Below are positions 1 through 14,229 of a stretch of DNA of 64,000 bases, piece by piece. Positions within the stretch are counted from its first letter, which is position 1. Each line of letters begins with the position of its first letter. The DNA comes from Balanoglossus misakiensis (lineage: Eukaryota; Animalia; Hemichordata). The DNA is taken from assembly GCA_040954595.2 (NCBI GenBank), contig CM082586.2, positions 8,401,337-8,465,336 on the forward strand, in the 5' to 3' direction. Under the pieces are notes generated by a model, which had not been told where the DNA came from, did not search any database, and worked only from the letters and a program-made list of their open reading frames with translations. The position numbers and the translations under genes are program-made.

Positions 1-2172
1 CGCAAAATTGCAGGGAAGTTGATAAGATGATATCGATCAAGTGGATTTATCAGAAAAGAGTTTTTGCAGTCAGTGCTTTTCATTCACTCTTGGAAAGACG
101 CGTTGGCAAACGTAAGCTTTTAATACTTGCCCATTGCACAGTGCAGTAATTATTTGGTGGTTGATGATTTTTAAGAGAGATTCACCGTCTGAGCCGGGGT
201 TTTTATAGATCAGATTTTGCGCTACCCTAGTTTAGTAAGGTAATTGAGAAATTAATTATTAATAAGCAACTTTCATCCTACGTTTTAATTTATTGTCATA
301 ATGTCACTGTGGCGTTTGCCACGGGCTACAAAACATCTCATTTTCTTGTTCAAGACAGCGTTCATCTCCTTGGAGTTGCGTACTGTGCAAACGTAATCAC
401 TTTCTGAAGATTGCTTTTAAAACGATGATAAATTCCTCCTTCGCTGGTACTTATCTGTCTTACCAAATTCTAATTTCGGCAGTTGTTGATGTGAACATCA
501 ATCAATTTTAGCAAAACTGTCGCCATTATACTGTATGTACATGAGCCATTCGATCTGACTCTATCTCACGCACATTTAACGAGCCCATATAGGAATGCAC
601 GTGGCTCTCTAATAATTGATCAACATAATGGCAGTTTCTGCAGTGACTATTTAATGGACGACACCATTTTTATAATTCCTCGACAATCTTTGTTCGTAAA
701 TCGAATAGATAAAGTTGCGGTGTAATTATGATTGAACTACCTGTTAACATAGATATGAGTGGATGGTAGTGATTATTCCATGGGTGAATTCTGGCGCGCT
801 TTCCTTTAAAGCACAGACCGACAACGTTAACCCCTGCAGTCAACGTGACATCATTTTATAAGACGCATTTTAACTTAACGGCCGACTGCAATATATATAA
901 GCTGCATGAAGCCTGACTAAATTACAGATTGTAATTAGGAAAATAGACTAAATAATTCATCAGACAATCTAGTAAATTGGCTTACGACGCCAGTATCGTT
1001 TATCCAGCATAATAATCCACGCAGTATCTATGAGAGTTCATGTAATTCATCAGGTAAATTGTTCCGCGGGGCACACATATGCCTTTGTGCAAGGAATAAT
1101 GTCATATCGGGGTGTATACATAACAGAATGGATGGATTGTTTTAAAAGGATCAATTTGTATATTCCCTCAAACGCTGTTGCCTGATGATTGTATCGTTAG
1201 ATAAATGAACCTCTGAGAAGCGAGAGAAGGATTTTATCGGAACTACCCCCCACGTCTTTTCCTCTCTACTTTAGTATTGAGCACTATGTATCTGACCAGT
1301 CGCTGGTGCATGTGATCCATGTCTAGCCTACGGCTCATAGAATGAGCTATTCCAGGAAATTGTTGCTTAATTCCCTTTTATGTATGCCATTACGTGACTG
1401 AATAAAAAACTCATTACATTCTTTGTGTAAACCTGACACAAACTCTAAGAAACAAGGGGAGAACTTAGTCACCCTGTAATGCCTCATCTACTTACAAATA
1501 CAATTCGACAATTCTATTCGACAAGTCCTCCTAATTTGGCAAACAATAAAAAAGTAGAAATATTGATATCAAGGGTGTTTGCACATGTATATTGCGTCCC
1601 TTGAAAATTCGACCATTATTCATGGGCCGTTACAATACTTTAAATATTTTAGTGGAAAGTTAGAACATCCTCCATCTCCCAAATACCAGTTAAAGCGTGA
1701 CATATTTAAGAATTCACCTGGAACCGACCATCTGCGCAGTACGGTCCCGCGAGGGAATTTGCTTGTCTATTGTGTATATGATAGTATACGGTTCAATTTT
1801 TACAATCGATTGGTTCAAACTATTTTGCAATATTGCTTGCCGAGGATTGTCCCCTATTAAATTGAAGTCTCATATATTTCTTGTCAACAATTATCAATGT
1901 GGAAGTTTACGGACACAATATCGTACAGACAGTATTTCTATCACATCTATCATTGCGATACACCGGGGATGCATGGAGGCATCTTCAATTCATACAGTGC
2001 GACGGTCGATATTATACCAGTATATCACGCTATTTTATTGGTTGAGACACGACACGTGACTGTGATATATTCGTCACATACCACAGTCATATATCACGCA
2101 AAACTCATAGTCAAAGAAAATGCCTTTTAAAAATGTTTTATGCAAAGTTTCAATATACTGGTATCATATAAT

Positions 2173-2313
2173 AGCAATAAAATACCCCCAGCCATGGTAT
2201 ACCACTCGATTTTGACCAGTTCAACTCTATATACGCACTCGCTATCGCTCGTGTATATGTCGTGAACTGGTCAAAATCTCGTGGTATACCATGGCTGGGG
2301 GTGTTTTATTGCT
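2173..2313. repeat. Long hairpin with TC/TC mismatches (terminus of an element starting near 1950-2020)
   Basis: About 70-bp arms, tip CAC-TC-GC-TATC-GC-TC-GTG. Confidence 0.85.
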
Positions 2314-2741
2314 TTAACATATGCCATTTTAAACCCCCTAAACTAGTAATTAAATGCACAATTTTATTATCATGATTGATAACAACGATAACTTTGATAT
2401 ATCAATATTTTTGTTCCCGAAGAATAAACAAAATAATTGCCCGTTTCAAGGCCATCATGAATACGTACTCGCGATAAAAACAAACAAATTAGTATCCGCG
2501 ACCAGGGAAATGATATAATTCTTTATTAATTTGTATTATTATTGTGAATTTCAAGGGTAACAATTTTAGAAGAAAAAAGCACATAATATATTTAGCAGTT
2601 ACATCAGAACGAGAGAGATTTATTAACTGCGCCCCCAACATTTTCGACTCGACGAGACAATCGCGGAGCCCCACAATTAAGTCTGGCTGTTGAGTGAGCT
2701 TAACATCAGTCAGGATTCTCCAGCTGCCAAAGCAACACGAG

Positions 2742-2845
2742 ATGTCATGCACCTTTAATCGCTGTGCCAAAACAACCATGATGCTGAACCTTAGTGGCAA
2801 CGCAGTTGTCATGGCGCTAATAGCAATGGGTATTCTGGTATACCG
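2742..2845 (+). CDS. Candidate alternative first (signal/anchor) exon, possibly of the channel gene
   Basis: MSCTFNRCAKTTMMLNLSGNAVVMALIAMGILVY, good Kozak acaaccATG at 2778, strong donor CG|GTGAGT, phase 2 like channel exon 1. Confidence 0.45.
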
Positions 2846-2879
2846 GTGAGTACATGTATAGCTTCTATATTCGTTTTAA

Positions 2880-3121
2880 AGTGAAGGGGGTCGTCGCGCC
2901 GCGTTTGTTGTTTTATAAACATTACAATTCACCCACAAATCTCTGAAATTAGATAATTATTAGAATGGATGAAGCAGTCAACTGTAGCATAGACTGGACA
3001 TGGCATCAACTGAAAATCCTAGTAGGTCGTGGCGACCGCAGTGAGGTTTGTGCTGGTATGGGAGGCGAGGACATATTCTCATCAAGGGGGACACCCACGC
3101 GGCGCGACGACCCATTCCCTA
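2880..3121. mobile_element. MITE family B (second copy about 24983-25204)
   Basis: 17-bp perfect IR GGGTCGTCGCGCCGCGT (2888-2904 / 3097-3113); internal sequence shared with the 24983 copy. Confidence 0.78.
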
Positions 3122-3823
3122 CAATGCACGATGCAAACACACGTTTGAAAATAACACATGTAAACGAAGGTTTGAATTATATTTCCAGTATGCGTATTTG
3201 CAGACCATGCGTTCCTTTGGAAGGTGTACACTCTCGACGCATTTTATGCAAATGTGCTCAGTATATCTGAATCGGTTTCCTTAAAATAAACAGAACAGTC
3301 AGCAAGACTAGGGTATATATAGCACTGTTGGTTGTTTCTGTGAGCGAGCACGTTTAGTTGTATGACCATCCTGTAGTTCGCGTTTTACAGTTTACATATC
3401 ACGTTGAAAGCGGACAACTTTTTTCACGAGCATTTGCAGTACTGTTGAAACGATTTAAAACTTGTATTTTAGCCTTTCTATGAATCTTTAATTGTGTTCA
3501 GTGTTACACTGCCACGTTTAAATTCATGTGACGAAAACTTGCTAAAATTGGAACCTCTAACCAGCTCAGCCTAAACTGTAACTTTTAAACTTAACATGCT
3601 TCAAGATGTTATCAATATACAGGGCATTTTCAATGACAGTAGTCCCTGCTGCACAAAAATAAAATAAAATAAAAGGCTATAATAAGTCATGTACTAAAAA
3701 CTTCATTGTAACATAAAATGAAACTGAGTCAAAAGTCTACATATTAAATTGCCCAAGTGGTTTTAGATACGACAGATATTGCGAATACCTAGTTTATATG
3801 TCAATTTAACAGTTACAGTTTAA

Positions 3824-3997
3824 AGGTATACGGTCACCTATACAAATTTAGCCACAGTTACCATGGTAAATCGATATCTAACCAATCACAGATTTTCTGT
3901 GGGTGGCACACGCGAAAATAAAGCGTTCTTTAGAACACTCAAATACGCCATTTCAACTATATATGGCGATATGTAAATTGGAGGTGACTGTATACCT
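3824..3997. mobile_element. Kolobok-like MITE family A
   Basis: TIR AGGTATACGGTCACCT/AGGTGACTGTATACCT, TTAA TSD; near-identical copies elsewhere. Confidence 0.88.
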
Positions 3998-4234
3998 TTA
4001 AGCTGAGAGGGTCAGTGATTCCTGTTTTAGAAGTTTCATCAAAGTCAGTGCTGTAATTTCAGAAACGTGTCCCTAATGGGGAAAATCATTAAATGTGCAT
4101 GGATGTAGTTTATCAATGGGAAACTGCAAAACATCGCATTTCAAAACAATATATGACAAGTTTCATCATTTTAGGTGCGCTCACGAATTTGAGTGTTATC
4201 TTTGGTGTGGATATAAATAAGGAAACAAACTATT

Positions 4235-4313
4235 GGGCCATTCCAAGCAGAAATGGTTATTATGGGAGCGCGATACTTATGACCATAAGACCCCTTTCTG
4301 CTTGGGATGGCCC
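4235..4313. mobile_element. Short hairpin MITE family D (second copy 5895-5978)
   Basis: GGGCCA..TGGCCC termini, palindromic arms, shared core TTATGGGAGCGCGAT.CTTATGACC. Confidence 0.7.
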
Positions 4314-4769
4314 TAGTGAATTTGGGATTTCGGAATTTGAATTATAAAGAGATCTCTGTGAAATCTTTAAGGCTGCAATGGATGAAAGAAAAGTAATAAC
4401 TATCTACATCTAGTACAACTTCCATACTGTGACAGTTTTATGACATGAATCTATCTCACGAAGAGATTTAGAGGTTATAAGCGGCTAGTGAGGCTATTTG
4501 GTTGCGGATATAAGACCTCTCAGGTGAAAATTACCATATTTGGCAGGAAATAATCATCGAGCGAAACATGTTCTAGAATTTTTAACGTCTCCCGGTTTTG
4601 TGCCACCGCCAGTAGAATTCATAAAACGTGTTTGGGCGAGTTATCTTCTACGTGTTCCATTTCGCTTATGTTTGTTTACTTATTCACTGTTCAGGGTCCA
4701 CGTCGTCTTGTTGAGGACAGCAGAAATATTGGCCTTGAACTTGACAGTTTAAAGGGTAAAATTTGTATT

Positions 4770-5330
4770 TTGTATGTGTATATGCCTACGTGTAGTACAA
4801 AACAATTATGATGACGTTTTAGACTATTTGGCGAATGTTCACTCGATTGTTCAGTCGAATGACTGTTTCAAAACGATGATCATTAGTGACTGGAATGCTG
4901 CTCGTCACTCGTTGTTTGGTCATTCTTTTCATGAATTCTGCAAAGATATACAATTATTTTATTTCGGATGAGATCCTTTTGTCAGATGATACTTTTACGT
5001 ACGTCAGCGATGCACATGGATCTTCCTCTTGGATAGACCATTGTGTTTCTGCACATGGTGCCCATAACTGTATTACTTCAATTTCAGTGTTGCGCGACAG
5101 AATATCTTCTGATCATTAAAGGTATACAGTCACCTCCAATTTACATATCGCCATATATAGTTGAAATGGCGTATTTGAGTGTTCTAAAGAACGCTTTATT
5201 TTCGCGTGTGCCACCCACTGAAAATCTGTGATTGGTTAGATCTCGATTTACCATGGTAACTGTGGTTAAATTTGTATACATGTACATGTAGGTGACCGTA
5301 TACCTTTAACCACTCAGCATTAGGCCTAAT
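4770..5330 (+). pseudogene. Decayed LINE AP-endonuclease fragment
   Basis: VYMP, IISDWNA, FTYVS..SWIDH, SDH.PL motifs across frameshifts; split by a MITE. Confidence 0.7.
5120..5305. mobile_element. Kolobok-like MITE family A
   Basis: Same TIRs, TTAA TSD; interrupts a LINE endonuclease remnant. Confidence 0.88.
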
Positions 5331-6169
5331 TGCGACTTCCATTCATGTTGTGTCAGTGTTTTCTATGGATACCTATGAAATCCAGTCACTCAGCGTTCAA
5401 GCAGGTGCACGGCAGCTAGCTGTATGGATGGTCTGGCATTCCATTTGGAGTAAATGCAGTGTACGTTAGAAGAATACATATGCCACCTTAACTCGCGTAA
5501 AATCTGTGGTGAACTATAAGCGGTTTACGAATGGTTGAATGCACTTTTAACAAAATTTTGAGACGAGAGCCAAGTCTCTGGGGATTAAACAAGCCTAGGC
5601 TTTCTTCCCGTTGTTGCCATTGTTTTTAGCGGATGCTACCATTGCAATAATGTTAAATCGTCGTGTTAAATCGAGTCAAGCAATGAAGAAAATAGCCCAT
5701 GTAGGCCTATTTGCACAACGTCGGGGGAAATTTAAGCTACCGTTTCCATTCATGTATGCAACAACTCGCAGTATACGTGCTCTGTATATGAAACAAAGCC
5801 TGACGACATCAATCGATCCGGCGGACTCTCGACCCCAAGGAGTAATATAAAAAGACATAATAGGCCTATGGTCGGAAGGCACACAACGTGACATGGGCCA
5901 CCCCAGGTAGAAAGGGGTCTTATGGGAGCGCGATGCTTATGACCTTAAGACCCCTTTCTGCTTGCCATTGGATGGCCCACATGATCCATTCTACAGGACT
6001 GTAATTTCTCTTCTATATTTTCAGTATACTGTTCTATGTATTAAATGCGATTTCTGTTTCTACTCCAAAATACAGGCTAATGCTATACCCAGTACTAGTC
6101 TTGACTGCCTGTACGTTTGTAGCGAACTTGGCTGATTATATAAAATAATAATTTTATAATAATGATAAT

Positions 6170-6930
6170 AATATAAAGCGTCAAGTCCATAAAAATGTGA
6201 TCAGAGACGCTCATACAAAAATGGCATTAAAAATGCTACGTAAAATAATATTTGTAAAAGACAGGCTTGCTGAAAGGCGGATGTCCAATGATGGAAAATC
6301 ATTTCAAAGAGTGGGTGCAGCCACACTGAAAACACGATCGGCATCATACTTTCTAGTGCGTGACCGAAGACAGATCTTCATCTGATCGGCCGATGTTAGG
6401 CTACGAGTCGGTACACATTGATCAAGTCAGACAGATAACTCGGGCCAAGCCCATGAATGCATTTTTAGATAAAAAATAAAACATTAAAAGCGATGAGTTT
6501 TGAAACCGGTAACCAATATAGCCTATACAATAACGGAGAAGATGGCTAGGGACTTTGGAAGAACGAATGACAATTCTGGCTTCAAATTACGCGTTGAATA
6601 TGATTCAGATAGCCGTAATAAAAGTGAATTGCGTAAATCGATAATGGTTGTAATGAAGGCACGTCTGTAGCAGGTTGAGATAAATATTCCTGAATAGAGT
6701 TAAGGACAACTGCAAGGGTCATAGCCTGACTCCATGGAAGGAGCGTGGCCTGACAATGGACGGGAATCAGAGAATCAACAACACAAATTTCCGAAATCCC
6801 CGGAGAGAGCACACCAGGTAGTTTAAAATAAATCATTCCGTTTGTCATAAAAGCACAAGAGGTTTTGAATGTGTACATCCACGACTTGATATCAGAAATG
6901 CAACATTCACGTTGCATTTTCTGCATGTAT
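6170..6930 (-). mobile_element. Decayed L2-type LINE 3' fragment
   Basis: Minus strand DRVFSVAAPTL motif and CISDIKSWM RT-tail motif. Confidence 0.6.
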
Positions 6931-7209
6931 GGTGCGAACGTGGTGATGTTCAATTCTCTAGAATAAGGTATTTTGATGTTAGTATGGAAATTCGTCAGTG
7001 TCGCCGAAATATAAGCAACACGATTGGAACTATTTTGGGATAATTGCATACCACTAAAATGTGTAAAAAAACTATAAATATCGTTGTACTTGTTATGTAG
7101 GCTCGAATTACTGTGTAAAATAGTGTAAAATATACCCAGTAATATTTTCACGTTAAACATCAAAAGGAGTAAGCGATATGGGCTTGGGCATATGATAAAA
7201 TAAGTGTTA

Positions 7210-7500
7210 GGCCAAATAAAAAAAATGTGTGCTGTTCCGATTACCCGACCTACCCAAATTTTAACCCGCCGACCCTAAACTTTTCAGAGCTTCGTAAACC
7301 GGAAGTAAAAATAATGATGTCAAATAAACAAAATTTAAGAAAATTGCGAGAATCACGCAAGAACTATGACGTCATTCTTCTACACTACGGCAGCCAAAGA
7401 TATATAAAAATTGCAAAATAAAAAAAATCCCTACCTACCTACCTACCCTATTTTTGAAAAAAAACATGTAATCGGAACAGCACATATTTTTTATTTGGCC
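7210..7500. mobile_element. PIF/Harbinger-like MITE family C
   Basis: TIR GGCCAAATAAAA..TGTGCTGTTCCGATTAC, TTA TSD. Confidence 0.85.
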
Positions 7501-9399
7501 TTATGACAACGAATTTCTAGTCTTCCCTAAAATTTCAGTGTTTAATTGCCGGCAAAAACACCGCGGCTTAAAATGGTGCAATGTCCGTGTCTCGATTTCC
7601 TAATTGTCACCATAGCTCATAATGGGGAAGGTGGACCGCATTTCTATTATAAACACCTGAATAACAAGAATTCTCCCTTTACAAAGAGTGTCACTGCATG
7701 CATTGTCCGGCGGCATTGACAAAAGCTCAACACTAGGCATTTCAACAGACTTGTATGAATATAATGGACCAAATAATGTATATACTGAAAAGTATATCCA
7801 CAAATTTTCTCTCATTATAAGGTCCTATGATACAGGTCTGTATTGGCAAAGCGTTCACTATTTGCAGTATTAGAGCTATTGGATAAAAATAAATAATCTC
7901 ATGTATGCTTTTAATTATGTCTATTAAATGATATTTCATGATAGTATATCAAGATCAACAATTATTTATGACAAAATGGCCAAAAATTAAAGAAAAGCTT
8001 TATTATTTATCTCATTAATCTGTCATATGCACTCATACTTAGGGTTTATAAAACTATATATAGTTTGTATATATATATGTGGCTACCTGGCCACCAATAC
8101 AAGCCATATGCCAGAAACCTGAGAGAAATGTTGCATTTATCTCATCTGAGTCAGCAAAAAGTAAATGAGCGTATCCCAAAATAGATGGGCGGGTGTTAAG
8201 GATGTTAAATAGCCTACTATGACCCGAATGTCGCCTCCTAACTCACACGATCTGAGTACAACAAAGCAGACAAAGACAAACGTACACATCATAAAAACGT
8301 TGAGAAAAATGTTTCCATAGTGCAACTGAACTAAAAATAACCTCAGGGAGAACACTGTCCACCAGCAGTACTGCTAACTCAGGACCCGAACCGACGCCAC
8401 GAATTAATTTCAAATATAGTGCATTTATGTATATTGTGCAGGTTGGTTGCAGCCAGTCAGTAAAACGGGTACGTACAAGCCTCTACATTTGTACATGTAG
8501 TATCATGAATGTGAATATATATATAAGTATGGAATGCTATGAACCAGGTGTATGGGTCTGACATGACTCGCATTTTGGAAGTCCCATCCATACTCATGGC
8601 AAAATATCTTTTAAAGTGAGCAATGTTTTTGGGGTTGCATTGGTAACATCCGGGACATTGCAATGACATGACATCATCAAGATAATCCGTCACGTGACAT
8701 TTTATTACTAATCGATTACTAAAGAAGATGGAATATTACAATCAGGTATAACTTTACGGAATTATGGAACGAACATGAAAATGAACAAAATTGACAAAAC
8801 TATCATGTAAACAGTGTAAATGATTATTGTTTGACGACGTAAACCATTCTTTGAATATTTACACTACACAGTAGTGCACAATGCCATGTAATACGAGGTT
8901 TGTATTTCAAATTACCGATCGATGTCCCTTGGACAGTCCAGAGAAAGATTAATCTTCTCGTGGGGGTTTATGCTGCTGAGTGATAAGATATTGTCATTCA
9001 TCAAATGCCGATGGTGAAATCATTGATGCGAAAGATTAACATCAAAGTGACAGTTAGAATAAGCCAACCTTTTGGCCATTCTAAGATTTTAATATAGAAA
9101 TTTAAATTGTGGTATTTGTTGACATTTGATATTTTTTAAACGGTGCTCTACAGAGTTATGTATCTATTTCGAATAGGCTACGGGGTCCGTCTGGATGACA
9201 CTCAGTGGCTGTATGATCTGTTCATTCATTGATTAGCTCGACACACGTTAATATACATAGAAATAGACCCTGGTTTAAATATGAATCGAAGTGTGGGCGA
9301 TGCATGCGGTATCGACTCAGGTATTGATGAACACGCTTTTGTGACTGATAGTGATAGAATGTATCAGTATCAAACGCAGACCTTAATGATATGCGTTCA

Positions 9400-9622
9400 G
9401 TAAAATTGAAAGTATTGTCATTTCTTTTAATTGTTGATTTTTAGATTATCCTGTGCATGTATAATGAAAATCTGTGATAAAATATGGGGGTCACCACGCT
9501 TGTTTTTGAAATACAGAGCCATGAATTTGGTCGATAATAGAAGAAAACTGCCGACTCAGCATGTTTCACCAATGGTTTGTCTATGGGCAATTTATCTCAA
9601 AATAGAGCGTGCAGGGTGACCA
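9400..9622. repeat. Dispersed repeat, inverted copy at about 37130-37365
   Basis: AATTGAAAGTATTGTCATTTCTTTTAATTGTTGATTTT matches the reverse complement at 37325-37363. Confidence 0.75.
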
Positions 9623-9956
9623 TTATTCAGTGATAAAGAAATTCTGCTTTTAATTCTCTTTATATGATGCATATGCCTCATGAAACAATTGATTACATGT
9701 GGGTACACTTTGATATAGCTGCGTTATACCTCCATCACAATTTACCAAACACCGTCGGGGGAGGGTCACATTTAACACACGAGGACTGGAGGGAAGCGGC
9801 GTTGTACCGTTAACGTTGGTGGGGTCAAATTTTACACAACCTTCTCCAATTTCTTGCAGCCCTACCCTCGTTATAAATGAAAAATATCCAATGTGTGTGC
9901 ATTGGAAACTGCTCGCGCGACGCCTTAGCTGACAGCGTTCAGGTTTTGGGCCTTAA

Positions 9957-10130
9957 AGGTATACGGTCACCTCCAATTCACATATCGCCATATATAGTTG
10001 AAATGGCGTATTTGAGTGTTCTAAAGAACGCTTTATTTTCGCGTGTGCCACCCACTGAAAATCTGTGATTGGTTAGATCTCGATTTACCATGGTAACTGT
10101 GGCTAAATTTGTATAGGTGACCGTATACCT
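9957..10130. mobile_element. Kolobok-like MITE family A
   Basis: Same TIRs, TTAA TSD, 174 bp. Confidence 0.88.
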
Positions 10131-12989
10131 TTAACACGAAATGCTCAGTGATACTATGTATAAAACAGTTTTGATAATGAAACAAACCGTTTTGTCATGG
10201 AAATTCACTTCTCGATACTGGACTAACATCTTAAATAATGTGTTCAACTATTTGAAACCATTGGCCCTATACGAGATGATCAGCAATAAACTTATCAATA
10301 TCCATTTGCCATAGAATTGAAAATAATTCGTGATTAGCCCGTCGGTGAATCTGCTGTAAACATGTACACCCTGCACTTTTGCCCGCACGTAGTATGCGTG
10401 TATTGTGCAGATCAATTTAAAGCTCGTGCCAATTCTAGCTTATATCGATACCCTGGATGATGCGTGCAACCTATGATAATGTAAATCTGAAATTTTCATG
10501 AGGTGGTTATTTACAATTTCCTATAATAAATTATCCACTGTTTCTATTACGAATTGCGTGTGTCAATGGATAATTCAGATCTATGTGTAAGAGTCCATCT
10601 TGTTGGCACCTGGCGGCCAAACACATCGCTCAAAGATTTGGAGCTTAATTTCGATAAGCATGCGGCGCTAATAATGTATCAAATTTAATGATACCGGGAT
10701 AAACTACTTGCTGTTGATATAAATTCAAGTGTGGCATGAGGTACAGACCTTCTTATGTTTTCGCATGTTTATTTCAATCCGTTTTCATTCAGCAAAAATT
10801 CCAACGAACTTGACAGGCGTAAGCCACTTCACCTGTAACAGCTTTAGTAAATTGTCAGTTCTCCTCTATATACCGGTAGACTGCTAAGCAGAGCTTAGTC
10901 TCATGATTAGAGCTAAAAGTCTCCTCTTCAGTTTCTCTCAATTTTGTTCGAGAAATCCCGGGGCACTCCCATTAGAAAGAACTACGCATGCACACTTCCC
11001 TTTCTCACTTTATGCCCGAGGAACTTTACTAAAATATACCCCCTTAGCTCATTTTCTTTTCTCTGGCATTATTTGTGACCCTACATGCACGTCCGGCTAT
11101 CCCTTAACGCATTCCTTTGTACCAAATATAACAACGTGACACCAACATGTCTATTTGACTCAAATGAAGACTTTGAAATCCCTCTCTCCCAATTAACAAA
11201 TTAAGGGGAAAACTTGTAGACTCTGTCGTATAGTTCCAAATTGAAGCCATGTAGAATACATTACATTATTCGGCTAATTCTTTCGCCCGAAAATCAACTT
11301 AGAATCCCCGTTGGAGCCATTAGGTATTTATGGTTGTCTGATTACTGAATACATATGCTAACATGCCAGATGCGAATGTCATACTTCACTGAAATGAAAG
11401 ACGGCAGTTGCATGTGCGGAAGTTGGTCAAGTAAAGGCGATAATTACTGTTTCACTGAAGAGACAAATGTTGTCTTATGCCGGTAGTTTGTCGATGTAAA
11501 TATTATCACGCAGAGGGTCTGCAGTCTGTGCTTTATTAAAAATATGTATATGCAACTGGCCAGACGTACTATGTGTCTCCACAATTAAATAAACCAATAC
11601 AACTCATGTGTGAAATTGTTACGGTGAGTTAGCAACGTGCAGGTCAGCCTCCGTTTGGCTGTGCACATCGGCTCACTTTGTTGTAAAAAAGGCCAGCGGT
11701 CAAATCACATTCAATTTAACGACTGTGAGCATGTGACATTATGTTGAAAACTAACAGTTGCAGGGTTGTCAATGATTTATGAACTAGCAGTGAACCCCCG
11801 GGGATAGAATTGACAACATAGCTGCACTGTGCATTGCAAATGACAGTTAAGACAAGTAATTAATCAATTATATTTATGGCTTACTGTCCAGGTACATAAA
11901 TGTCAGCCTATTACACAACTTCAAAATGAGTGCCACTTATACTTTGATCTGTATATGGTTGCGACACTTTCAGTGTGCAGAAACTGTAGAGATTTACGTC
12001 ATCGCGACAGCCGCCTGAACCTTTCAAAGGTTCTCACTCAGTCGTATATGGGCGTATATTATATTGCTGACTCATGGATGGTTGATACACAAAGCATATA
12101 CTGTGCTTAGAGATTCAAAGAGTCTGACTCGCAGTTTATATGTAGTGTATTTTGTTGGAAATGTCTGCAGTAATGCGCGCGGGAAATGTTGATATGACCT
12201 GCACTATATTGAACACCTATTGCCTGGCCATGAGGGCCATAGCGGCCGTTTATTACACCCGAGGGGCTGTGAGTTACCTCATATATCATGCATGGCGTTT
12301 GATCCGTGCATCACTAAAATGGATCATTTTATAATTTTCTTGAATCGTTTTTCTCTTATTCGAAACTGATATTCTCTATGTCAAAAACTCTGTTTTGTAC
12401 AATGACATCATGTCTAAAAAGTGACATTAAATTGGAAAACATGGCAACGGTTTGCTTTGCACTCTACCTACTGTCGATTTTCTTTGACGATGACATCATT
12501 GCAATAGTGTGATTAAAGAAGAAACTACCAACACATTGTTGAAACCATGCGCTGAAGTAAAAATTCTTTCCAGGATAGCGCAAAATTTGTGAGTGAAAAG
12601 AACACATGAATACTGTAAGATGAACCAGTGCATATGATTTACCGACTCCGGCAATATATAAGCGTCACGTTAATTGGTTTACTGATCAATGAATGATATG
12701 AGCGAAGAAATATCAAAGGCCGGACCTTGTCATTAACATCAGAGTGAGGTGTATTCTCATATATATGTGACTTACAACATATTTCAACCCAAGACACGCC
12801 AACATATACTGAAACCTCAAACTGCAACTATGCAAATTTCGGTTGAATGCTATCAACCGTTCTTGAGACGTTGACAGATATTAATGACACGCCGGTATTT
12901 GCATAACATTACCTGATGCGTTTTAACACCGTATGGTGTTTATTTCAAATGCTGGGACTGTCAGTAACCGCAACGAAATACACTTTGTC

Positions 12990-13445
12990 ATCTACTTAAC
13001 TGCAAAACCACCCAAGCATCTATTTTGGGCTACGCTCATTTACTTTTATTAGACTCATAGGAGGTAAAAATCGTTAGAAAATAAGGAGAATGCGATATTT
13101 CTTCCATGTTTACCTGTATTGGTGGGCAGATAGCCATATATACATTAAAAACACTGCAATTCTGTTTGTTTTCTAACATGTTTGCCATCAACGACTCAGC
13201 CAAAAGTTAATGAGTGTATCGTAAAATAGATGAGCGGGTGGATATCTGCTATGGACATTTATGTAGGTACTTAACTGCAAAAACCACAAACTCATCTATT
13301 TTGGGCTACTCCCATTTACTTTTGGCTGAATCATGCATAACAAACATGCAAACAAACGAAATTGCAGTATTTCTTATTTATACATGTATGTGGCTACCTG
13401 CCTACCAATACAGGTTATATGAGAGACACATGAGAGAAATATTGC
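12990..13445. repeat. Two adjacent, oppositely oriented copies of a ~240-bp MITE (fragment also at about 8075-8210)
   Basis: TACTTAACTGCAAAA at 12993 and 13268; internal segments are reverse complements of each other. Confidence 0.6.
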
Positions 13446-14119
13446 GAACAAGTGTATGTCGTGTAAAAATTTTAGAATATGAGAACCATATCTAACTATA
13501 TATTGTTTTATTTTCTATGGTCTGATGAAGAAATTTGCCCTTGGCTAGCAACCGCATCTATGAAGTTACCAATTGCATGCCGCAAATAATCACTTTATTC
13601 TTTCATTAAGCAGTTGGGGACGATATAAGATTTATGATGATATTTTGGCGATGGATGAACACAATTAATTATATTTCAACACTTTGCTAGACTACTGCAT
13701 GGAATAAGCCCGAGAAAAATGCACAGGATTATGTCTTTCCCATTTCGAAGGGCGAAAACTATGGAATAGTATGGAATGATTTTCAATGTCTTATGGTGAA
13801 CATTATACCGCTCGATCGCCACATGAAATTTTCCCGTCGATTTGACGTTTAGAAGCTTCTGTCGTTAGAACTCGACAGAAAATCAGCAATGAGATATATA
13901 TTGATACTTGGAAACTTCATAAAGTCGCTAGTTATGTCAATGGTTTATTACCGACATGTTTTGTTATTTGGTGAATATCTCCTGCTTTCGCCACTGCGCC
14001 TCCACATAAAGGGTACCCCACTACGTTTTCGAAACGTTGCATCGGTTAAACTGTAGACCTGTACGTGTGTGCAAAAACATAAGACGTTATACACTGCATG
14101 CCAAATAGTTTCCTGAGAC

Positions 14120-14229
14120 ATGAAAGTGAGACATGCTCAGCAAGAACAGAACGTACGGCCTTCCCGGCTTCTGCTTGTCTTAGCAATTTGTTTTGCGGAG
14201 TGTCTAGGTTTAGTCTGTGCGCCGTCAGA
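14120..14229 (+). CDS. Channel exon 1 (signal peptide)
   Basis: [36 protein letters not shown], donor GA|GTAAAT; phase 2 fits exon 2. Confidence 0.7.
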
